A stretch of DNA of 64,000 bases from Polyangiaceae bacterium (GTDB lineage Bacteria; Myxococcota_A; Polyangia; Polyangiales; Polyangiaceae). The stretch covers positions 1-64,000 of the forward strand of contig JANRKO010000092.1 of NCBI GenBank assembly GCA_033763455.1, written 5' to 3'. The position numbers and the translations under genes were made by a program. Every line of letters starts with the position of its first letter. Position 1 is the first letter of the stretch. Of the stretch, positions 56,737 to 64,000 are shown piece by piece. Under the pieces are notes generated by a model. It saw nothing but the letters and a program-made list of their open reading frames with translations. It did no database searches and had not been told where the DNA came from.

Positions 56737-58674
56737 ATGCTGAAGCACTGGTGGTCTGGGTTGGTTGGGGTGGCACTGTTGGGGTTGGTGCTGGCGTCGG
56801 CGTGCAGCAAGAAGGATAAGCCGCCTCCGCTAGATCCAACTCAGAGCGGCGAGCCACAGATCAAGCCCCCAGGCACAGGTGCCGGTGGCAACACGGGTGG
56901 CGCTCCTAGTGGAAGTGGCGGTGCGGGGTCCGGAATGGGCACGTGCGGGAAGGATTCCTGCATTGGCCCATCGACATGTGTCGAGGAGACGGGGAAGCCC
57001 GCAAGGTGTGTTTGCAATGAGGGGTACGTGTTCGCTCCAAACAGCATCAACACCTGCATTGTGGATAAGAAGTGCATCAAGATCCGGCCGCTCGCTGGAG
57101 ACGGCAGCTGTCGTCAAAGGATCGGCGGAACGCCAGCCGTGGCGTCGTTCTTCGCGGTAGACTTCTGCGCCGGAACTGCTGTGCTTGAGGCTGATCTCGC
57201 GCCGCTGGCAGCGACTCCAGGAAAACTTGATAGCGTCTTCAAAATCCTCGAAAACGACAAAGTTATTGGCCCCTCCGAGAGTAAAGCTACGATTATCCGG
57301 CGTGACGTAGAATCGTACGTAACGGTTGCGCTGGACGTCTCAAACTCGATCGTCGTGGATCAACCAGCTTTCTTCAATGCGCTGCTCGCGAAACTTCAAG
57401 CCATGGTGGTGGCGCTGAAGCCAATGCCAGAGCCTCAGGCTCCTCAGGCTCCTCCTCCAGTCGGCGTTTCCGTGCTTATTTTTGGCAAGACAGTGGTGGA
57501 GCTGGTGCCGTTCACGACCAACCTCGACGATGTTGCGACTCGAATCGGCACGCTCGCAGATCCCGCGGTAGTCAAAGCCTTGCAGCCTTTCGATGGGACA
57601 GCGCTCAACGTAGCAATGAACTCCGGGATGGTTCAAACCGAACGGATTATCGCGTTGCGTAACGCAGTGACGCAGGGAGGCGTGCTTTCCACGGGAACAC
57701 TGATCGTGGTGACGGATGGGACAGATAATTCCGGCGTTATGCTGGATAGCGCCAAGATCACGTCCACCCCTGTCAACTTGATCTCCGTGGGTATCGGCAC
57801 CGCAACCGACGCCAAGCAGCTCGCAACTCTCGGCAGAGATGGGGCATTCTTGGCGCCCGCACCCGCGGACCTCGATATCGCCTTTAGCGAGATCACCAAG
57901 CGGGTAGCGGAATACCCGGACCGCGCTTACCTGCTCGGCTATTGCTCGCCAGCCTTTGCCGGCGAAAGCACGGTCACGATTTCGCTCAACCTCATGGACC
58001 CGAAGCAAGTGGCAACCTGCAAGGTTAACGCTGGCCTGTTCAATGCATCTGCAGGTGCGATTTGCGACCCCGCTTTCTTCGCTGGGGAGTGCACAGGGCG
58101 AGCCTGTGGCGGGCTTACTGCCTGCGGTGCCTGCGCGGATGGGGCTTGTTGCGTGGGATCGACGGGCCAATGTGCAGCCCCAGCACCTGCTGCGACCTGC
58201 ACGGAAAGCACGCTTTGTGGCAAGGGTTTCGCCTGCGACTTGACCAGCCAGCGATGCTTGGCCCAGCTTGAAATAGGAGCGGCGTGTGCTGGCCAGACAA
58301 CTCCCTGTCGGGTCGGGACCACGTGCGGAGTTAGCGGAAAATGTGAAGCATTGGGCGCCCTCGGTGCTAGCTGCACCCTCGCCAACCAGTGTGATTCTGC
58401 GCGCTGTGAGCGAGCTAACGTTTACGGCGATATCACCGACATGGTCTGCAAGCGTCCTGCTCAAATCGGTGAGTTGTGCAAAGATGTGCGGGCTGATGCT
58501 GCTTGTGAGACGGGGAGCGCGTGTGTGGGCACCACGTGCAAGGCTCGTGCTGTCACTGTCACCGGGAGGTGCACGCTGCCTGAGGATTGTCTATCCGGCG
58601 CTTGCACGCCCGAAGGCTACTGTGTGGCAGGCGATACCTGTCAATTTGTTTGGGACGATAAGATCAAGCACTAG
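56737..58674 (+). CDS. Lipoprotein with EGF-like, vWA and Cys-rich domains
   Basis: Lipobox ASAC, CVCNEGY, MIDAS DVSNS / GTAL / VTDGTD and a Cys-rich C-terminal third. Confidence 0.85.
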   Translation: MLKHWWSGLVGVALLGLVLASACSKKDKPPPLDPTQSGEPQIKPPGTGAGGNTGGAPSGSGGAGSGMGTCGKDSCIGPSTCVEETGKPARCVCNEGYVFAPNSINTCIVDKKCIKIRPLAGDGSCRQRIGGTPAVASFFAVDFCAGTAVLEADLAPLAATPGKLDSVFKILENDKVIGPSESKATIIRRDVESYVTVALDVSNSIVVDQPAFFNALLAKLQAMVVALKPMPEPQAPQAPPPVGVSVLIFGKTVVELVPFTTNLDDVATRIGTLADPAVVKALQPFDGTALNVAMNSGMVQTERIIALRNAVTQGGVLSTGTLIVVTDGTDNSGVMLDSAKITSTPVNLISVGIGTATDAKQLATLGRDGAFLAPAPADLDIAFSEITKRVAEYPDRAYLLGYCSPAFAGESTVTISLNLMDPKQVATCKVNAGLFNASAGAICDPAFFAGECTGRACGGLTACGACADGACCVGSTGQCAAPAPAATCTESTLCGKGFACDLTSQRCLAQLEIGAACAGQTTPCRVGTTCGVSGKCEALGALGASCTLANQCDSARCERANVYGDITDMVCKRPAQIGELCKDVRADAACETGSACVGTTCKARAVTVTGRCTLPEDCLSGACTPEGYCVAGDTCQFVWDDKIKH

Positions 58675-59320
58675 ATCTGGTGGCACCATGCGTTGGGGTG
58701 ATGCTGCTAACTATCTCGGAAAACCTCCAACGCCTCATACCCGCGCACGGCCTCGTACCGCGGTGCCGCCAGTTCGCTGCTGAACCGTCGGCTTCACCCA
58801 ATGGATAACCGGGATAACCCTGGATACACCGGTGATGCACTGGTCGCCTCGTCAACCGGCCACCGATTCGGTGATTTCTGAGTTGGAAGCGCGGGTTCGA
58901 CACGTCCACCACATCGAGCAGAGCGGTTTGCGCGCTCGTCACGCACAAGCGGTTACCCCGCAACGCCGACGTTTTCCCGGAGGATTGTCGCCCTACCAGG
59001 CCCGTAGCGAAACGCCCGAGGATGGTCGCGGAAAGCTTCGTTCGGCGACGCTTGCCTTCAGCATCGTCATCTCCTTCTTCGCAGCGCTCAGGGGATGCCT
59101 GACTCATGCCGACGTCTGGAGACTCTAACTGAGCCTCCGAGCTTCAACCTGCGACCAACGACATCGCAGTGATTAGAAGGGGGTGGAGATGAAGGATCGA
59201 TTGCGCAACACCGTGACGCTCACGTACCACAGCAGACCTCACGGGGTCGGTGACAAGGCGGAGAAGACTTTGTAGCTGGAATGATGACGAAGGAGCACCT
59301 TCCCGCGCAATGCATCTACT

Positions 59321-60046
59321 TCATTGTTGGTGGAGAGGAAGGTCCTTGGCTTCAACCGGAAAGCGACGACAAAGCTCAGCAAGCTCTTCTTTCGAAAGCC
59401 TGGGCAAAGGGAGGGTGCCAGCCTGCAACCCGCGGCCAGGCGCGGGGAACATTACCGCCTGTCGCTCATGGTTTGACAGTGCACGGCACGGGGGCTTGAT
59501 TGGCTTGAGCAGCGTGCCGTCATCGCACGGGTGCTCGAAGCCCAGGGCATGCCCAATTTCGTGAGCCAACACGGACACCAAAGAATGAGTGCCAGCTCCA
59601 CCAAGACGACTCCAGGTTGGAAGGACGGAGTTAACCTCGATATCTGACTCAAAGGCGCCGTCGGAAAGTCGTGGTTTGGCAGAGTAGGTGGAGGTCATAG
59701 CAAGCGCGTCTTCTGGATAACAACTCTTGGACTGGCGTTCCCCGTTTGGACACCACGAATGCCGCCGAAAGGATATGATTCTTTGGCGATCCTCATCGCG
59801 CCGGCCAACCTCCTGCAAAGGTTCTACCCGAATGTGAAGTCCGGAGCACGAAGCCGTCCAAACCTTCGCGGCCGCTCGCACGGAAGCAAGGGCTTCAGTT
59901 GCTTCCATTTGTCGGGGCAGCTCGGCGAGGGACACTATGAGCTCAAACGGAAGCTCGTTAGCGCGCTGTGCAGGAACCTCGGTGGCGGTGCAAGCTGATA
60001 CGGCTCCGAAGAGAATTGCCGCACTTTTGTGGTAAAATTGGGCCAT
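59321..60046 (-). CDS. Matrixin-like metzincin metalloprotease, probable lipoprotein
   Basis: HEIGHALGFEH, Met-turn AVMFP and SDIEVN. The start at 60046 gives lipobox VSAC; the track gives 60157. Confidence 0.85.
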   Translation of the reverse strand: MAQFYHKSAAILFGAVSACTATEVPAQRANELPFELIVSLAELPRQMEATEALASVRAAAKVWTASCSGLHIRVEPLQEVGRRDEDRQRIISFRRHSWCPNGERQSKSCYPEDALAMTSTYSAKPRLSDGAFESDIEVNSVLPTWSRLGGAGTHSLVSVLAHEIGHALGFEHPCDDGTLLKPIKPPCRALSNHERQAVMFPAPGRGLQAGTLPLPRLSKEELAELCRRFPVEAKDLPLHQQ

Positions 60047-60131
60047 GGTGCCGTGGGTCATGTTGAAGCTTGAGTCCCACTTTGGCGCATCGAATACAAC
60101 CGGTTTGGCACCAGGTTTCGATCGCTCGCCA

Positions 60132-60752
60132 TCAAAGTGGCTCAGCAGTCGCGGCAAACAAGCAGACGGAAGACTTCTCCGTTGCGGTCAGACACGAGGC
60201 GTTGGGATCCGGCTGAAACTCACGCACTACGACCAATGGCGGAACCTGGCCCGCAACGGCCGGTGAGAAACGACCAGCAGAGCCTCGAGGCTGAACGACT
60301 CCGACACGCCATCCGCCGGTGCACCCATCGGGAAGCGTAGCGCGATAGGCGGACTGCACCAGCAGCTCCTCGGCGGCAAGCCCAGTGCGACCCGACTCCC
60401 CGAACACGATACCTGTCACCGTCACTGAACCCACGCGAGCATCACACCCTGCATTGTAGCGCTCGACGCTTCCTCCAACCTGGAAGTCCAGTTGGGTTCC
60501 AGGCACCAAATCGGGTTTGTAGTTGCAGCCAGAGGTGTCAGTTGGCGAGGCATCAAAACTGGTTGCCACGAAGGCGTATTGCGAGTTCTCTGGCCATTCC
60601 TCGAGCAGCGTGACTCTGAACTTATCTCCGGTGGCCACCTCGGGGTGACATGGACCAAAGTCCTCACTGTGGCAGGAAAGGAGGGCAACCATTAGGCTAC
60701 CGCCGAAGGCGATCGCGCAACGTCTCAGTTCGGGAGCACTAACTCGAATCAT
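60132..60752 (-). CDS. Hypothetical lipoprotein
   Basis: Lipobox LLSC; six further Cys. Confidence 0.7.
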   Translation of the reverse strand: MIRVSAPELRRCAIAFGGSLMVALLSCHSEDFGPCHPEVATGDKFRVTLLEEWPENSQYAFVATSFDASPTDTSGCNYKPDLVPGTQLDFQVGGSVERYNAGCDARVGSVTVTGIVFGESGRTGLAAEELLVQSAYRATLPDGCTGGWRVGVVQPRGSAGRFSPAVAGQVPPLVVVREFQPDPNASCLTATEKSSVCLFAATAEPL

Positions 60753-60778
60753 TTCTCAAAATCCGGCGATCACCGTTC

Positions 60779-61312
60779 TCAGCGATTGACGCACTCAGCG
60801 ACTCGCGCTCGACTACCCGGGCAAGGCTCAGGCTTATTGATCGGCCTGCCGTCAGGCAAGCATGTAAAAGCGCTGGGGCCCAACTCGATGAGACAGGACC
60901 GGAGCGTAGCGTACTCCATCGCGCACTCCTCGGCGCGGGGAAAGCCGTCGCAGGTTTTTGCGCGGCAGTCATCAAGACTCGGTGCTTTCGGACACCCGGT
61001 CTGCGCCTCCACATTGCAATAGGCAACGCAGATCTTCTCGGGCGAAAAGAGCCCGCCGCCAGCTCCACCGCGTTCAGGTTGGCTCCCACCGCTTCCGCCC
61101 AGACTCGGGCTCAGTTCGCCACCCAACCCTTGTCCACCCAAAGCAGTAAGCTCCACGCCTCCACTGCCTCCGGAACCGGGCTCCGCGCCCCCTGTACCCC
61201 CGATGCCCGCTGAGCTGCCCCCGCTTCCAACGGCAACAACAGGCTCAGCGGGTACACCGCAGGCCCCCCCCACAAGGTAAAATGGAAGAGTGAGATAAGC
61301 CGCTTTGCGCAT
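60779..61312 (-). CDS. Small Cys-rich lipoprotein
   Basis: AGGAG RBS, lipobox GGAC, Gly tether and a 10-Cys helical domain. Confidence 0.75.
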   Translation of the reverse strand: MRKAAYLTLPFYLVGGACGVPAEPVVAVGSGGSSAGIGGTGGAEPGSGGSGGVELTALGGQGLGGELSPSLGGSGGSQPERGGAGGGLFSPEKICVAYCNVEAQTGCPKAPSLDDCRAKTCDGFPRAEECAMEYATLRSCLIELGPSAFTCLPDGRPINKPEPCPGSRARVAECVNR

Positions 61313-61323
61313 TGACGGTGCTC

Positions 61324-64000
61324 CTATCGAATAATGTCAAACCCAGCGTCCGATGAGAACGTGACGCTCGCTCCTGTGTAAACCGTTGCACGTATGCTCT
61401 CTATGTTGGAAGCCTGTCCAGTAGTGAAAGAGAAGCTCAGCAGCGAGCATGTTTCCCCGAAAGATAGGCAATCCCCGTTGGGAAGACAGGCGGCTCCGTT
61501 ACTGGAAAAAAGGCCGTTCACCTCCTGATCGTAAATGCGGGATGCCGACCCACCAACGAAGGTGAGGTCCACTACAACCCGGGCCTGCAAGGCCTCGCAT
61601 GGAGCTTGACCGCTTGCCCCAGCATCAATTCTGAACGGGAAGGACGTAATGTTACAGCTTGCGGCGGCGGGCGCACTGCTTGCCACCTGAACGAAGTCTG
61701 CGATGTGCACTTGGTCGCAGGCCGCGGACCCACCACCGACGACGGTCGCGCTGTCGTCAAACCTGCATGCGTTGGGCGAAAGATCCACAACGGCGTCAAC
61801 GCCGCATCCTATGCAGGCGGTTCGACCTGGGTTCGGTGTCTGACCAGGTGGGCATGGCGCGCACACCCCAGCGAAACGCACGTCGTCAGGATCAGCGCAC
61901 ACGCAAGAACGTCCATCCGGGCTGGCGATCTCCCTTGACCCGCAAGGCATGCACGCTCCTCCCTGCAGAATCTCCGTAGGGCTGCATGCGACGCACGTGT
62001 CCGAAAGCCGATTCAAAGGTGCTGGTGGAGCCCCCACCCAATTGACGAGTGGCGCTCTGGTGCATGCGTCCATTTGCTCACGCATTGTGGAGCCACTGTT
62101 GGGCACGTGCAACGCAAACATTTGGCAAATATCGCACCAGCTCGAGCCGCGAATGACGCTCGCTAGCGAAGAGAACAGCTCGTCCTTCACGAGAGTGGGC
62201 GTGAAATCGCTCGCCCACTTGGTAATCCAGGTCCGAATTCCGCTGGCAGGCATGATGATCCGCTCATCTTGGGCATCGCCGTAGTCTGTTGGAGTGTATT
62301 CCAGGAGCTCGGGGACGACCGACTGATTGAGGTTCCAGGCATCAGCATTGGTTGGCCGATCTGTGCCTCTCCAGAGCGTTCCGTCGAAAGCATCGTGAAA
62401 CAGCGTCGTTGCTTGAGCGATTTCGTACCGCGAAGGAAAATTTCCCGTGATACCGCTCCCGTCGCCCTCAACACCGGTGCCATTGGCATCGAGGCAGATC
62501 GGCGCGTTTGCAAAATTTCTGCAGTAGCTCATGTTCTGCGATTGCTCCACGCCCGGCGGAGCAAAATAATTCACCCCGCTCACCACCTGGCTCGCGATAA
62601 AGTCAGCGAACGCCTCGTTCAAAATGGCCGCTTCGTCTGCGAGGTCGACGCTCTGGCCCTCAAATATCCGCTTCGCTGTGAACGCCGACATGGACGTCGG
62701 GCTCTCGTCGTAAAGCATACTGCACAGTAGAAAATGGCCGTATTCATGGACCATAACGCCACGATTATCTCTGCTGAGCTTAATGTTCGGCATAACGATA
62801 TCAACCTGATTGAGCGTACTCAGCACCTCTCCGCTAACGGCTGCAACGGGGCCAAGCACCAGCGAGGCCGCGCTCAAGACTCCGCTGACGCCGGTGTTGA
62901 TGACCTCTTGATTGATATTGGGAAAGCTGAAGCAGGGGGCATAAATAGTCTTGCCTCCGCCCAGCAAAGTCCCCAGCCAACCATGGGCGATTTCAGCATG
63001 CGCGGGATGGTACCCCATCATTTCGCGCGCGTATTGGGCAGCGTCGCTCACCTGCGCCATCGTGTGGATTTCATAGTTCTTGGCGTGAATGTTCAGGTTG
63101 ATATCACGGTTGAACGCGAACCCATTCGGCCCCAAGAACTGGCGGAAGTCACAGATATCGGTAGGGAGGAGCGCGGTGGTAAGGCTGACCGCACTGTTCT
63201 CCATGGCCATGCAAACTCCACCGTTTCGTGCCGAACCCTCTTTCGCCACCTTAATTCCTACAGTACCGCCATAGCCCAAGGTCGCGTGAAACTGCGTGGG
63301 GAGCAGGAAGGAGCTCCATTGAAGCACTTCAACGCGTATGCCGCCCAGCCGAAGCTCGGAACCAGCATTCGGCCCCCAAGCCCGGGTCATCACACGATCA
63401 CCGCCAAAGGCAGCGTCCCGATTGAGCACGTGCAAATCTACCCAAACCGTTGATTCCCCAGAGATAAAAGCGTCGATTTCACCCAGGCCATCCGTCACTG
63501 TCCTCACTACTCCCTTCGCCGTCTGAGCAATCGCCTTGGCCACCCGTCGCTTCAGGCGGTTCCAAAAAGGCTGTTGAACAGGGTCTTCTGGGAGAACCCG
63601 TAGCTCCCGATAGTGATACGCGACGCTCTTGAGGGCCTGCCACGAAAGCGAACCATCGTCATTTGCCATCTCTTCGGGGGCATCGCGCAACACGATTGCC
63701 TCAAACAGCGTTTGGTCACCTTCAACCGGGTCTGGGTTAAGTGCAGCTTCACGAATTAAGTTGTAGGTTAACGCTGGCAAGATCGCGAACACGAAGGAGC
63801 CGCGACCATCACCATCGTACTGGATGGCACCGCAGCGCCCGAGATAAGGTGCCAGCTCAGGCACGAAGAAAGGCTTACGGCTGTGGTGGATCAAGAGTTC
63901 ATCCAGACCGGCCAGTTCCTCCTTGTCTCGCACGTAGATAACGGCGTAACGCAGGGCTGGGTTGCCATCCGGGCCCACCTCTGGAAGAGCTTCAGTTCGC
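61324..64000 (-). CDS. Large gluzincin-type zinc metalloprotease-like protein with Cys-rich C-terminus; 5' end outside the window
   Basis: The frame is open to the window edge (RTEALPEVGPDG). VHEYGH plus downstream LNEAFADF; CxxC repeats. Confidence 0.72.
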   Translation of the reverse strand, partial: RTEALPEVGPDGNPALRYAVIYVRDKEELAGLDELLIHHSRKPFFVPELAPYLGRCGAIQYDGDGRGSFVFAILPALTYNLIREAALNPDPVEGDQTLFEAIVLRDAPEEMANDDGSLSWQALKSVAYHYRELRVLPEDPVQQPFWNRLKRRVAKAIAQTAKGVVRTVTDGLGEIDAFISGESTVWVDLHVLNRDAAFGGDRVMTRAWGPNAGSELRLGGIRVEVLQWSSFLLPTQFHATLGYGGTVGIKVAKEGSARNGGVCMAMENSAVSLTTALLPTDICDFRQFLGPNGFAFNRDINLNIHAKNYEIHTMAQVSDAAQYAREMMGYHPAHAEIAHGWLGTLLGGGKTIYAPCFSFPNINQEVINTGVSGVLSAASLVLGPVAAVSGEVLSTLNQVDIVMPNIKLSRDNRGVMVHEYGHFLLCSMLYDESPTSMSAFTAKRIFEGQSVDLADEAAILNEAFADFIASQVVSGVNYFAPPGVEQSQNMSYCRNFANAPICLDANGTGVEGDGSGITGNFPSRYEIAQATTLFHDAFDGTLWRGTDRPTNADAWNLNQSVVPELLEYTPTDYGDAQDERIIMPASGIRTWITKWASDFTPTLVKDELFSSLASVIRGSSWCDICQMFALHVPNSGSTMREQMDACTRAPLVNWVGAPPAPLNRLSDTCVACSPTEILQGGACMPCGSREIASPDGRSCVCADPDDVRFAGVCAPCPPGQTPNPGRTACIGCGVDAVVDLSPNACRFDDSATVVGGGSAACDQVHIADFVQVASSAPAAASCNITSFPFRIDAGASGQAPCEALQARVVVDLTFVGGSASRIYDQEVNGLFSSNGAACLPNGDCLSFGETCSLLSFSFTTGQASNIESIRATVYTGASVTFSSDAGFDIIR

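Noticed and set aside
58678..58700. TGGCAC as a sigma-54 promoter
   Set aside because: The -12 GC is not at the required spacing.
325..63941. Long antisense or alternate-frame ORFs (e.g. 325-735, 13887-14891, 41941-42861, 52622-53425, 57340-58464)
   Set aside because: Shadow ORFs of well-supported genes, expected in GC-rich DNA, with no motifs of their own.
39683..64000. Prophage or integrative element downstream of the tRNA
   Set aside because: No integrase, phage or conjugation genes, and no distal att copy noticed in the window.

Overview
GC-rich, gene-dense bacterial chromosome segment. The gene content suggests a myxobacterium of the Polyangiaceae/Sorangiineae type; this is an inference from about 20 Gly/Ser-tethered Cys-rich lipoproteins, vWA lipoproteins, DUF1592/DUF1552 pairs and an ECF/TPR triad. 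Layout from left to right: (1-8.6 kb) a DeoR/IclR-associated sugar locus with two PLP aminotransferases, two oxidoreductases, a GHMP kinase and an orphan helical-barrel protein; (9.8-11.9 kb) tandem PL7 and PL14 polysaccharide lyase lipoproteins; an F420-reductase-like enzyme, a small zinc-ribbon ORF, a CPA2 antiporter and a SodC-like lipoprotein that lacks the Zn ligands; three divergent DUF1592 (CxxCH lipoprotein) + DUF1552 (Tat-exported, His-rich) cassettes, each next to a different regulator and different cargo genes; a TetR-RND efflux operon; dusB; tRNA-Ser(TGA) followed by a copy of its 3' end; a GH36/Cip1/AraC carbohydrate locus; a field of Cys-rich surface lipoproteins that includes a frameshifted two-domain CX4CH cytochrome; and a partial zinc-protease operon. 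No integrase, transposase, rRNA or CRISPR array was seen. All family assignments come from motif recognition by eye, not from database searches.
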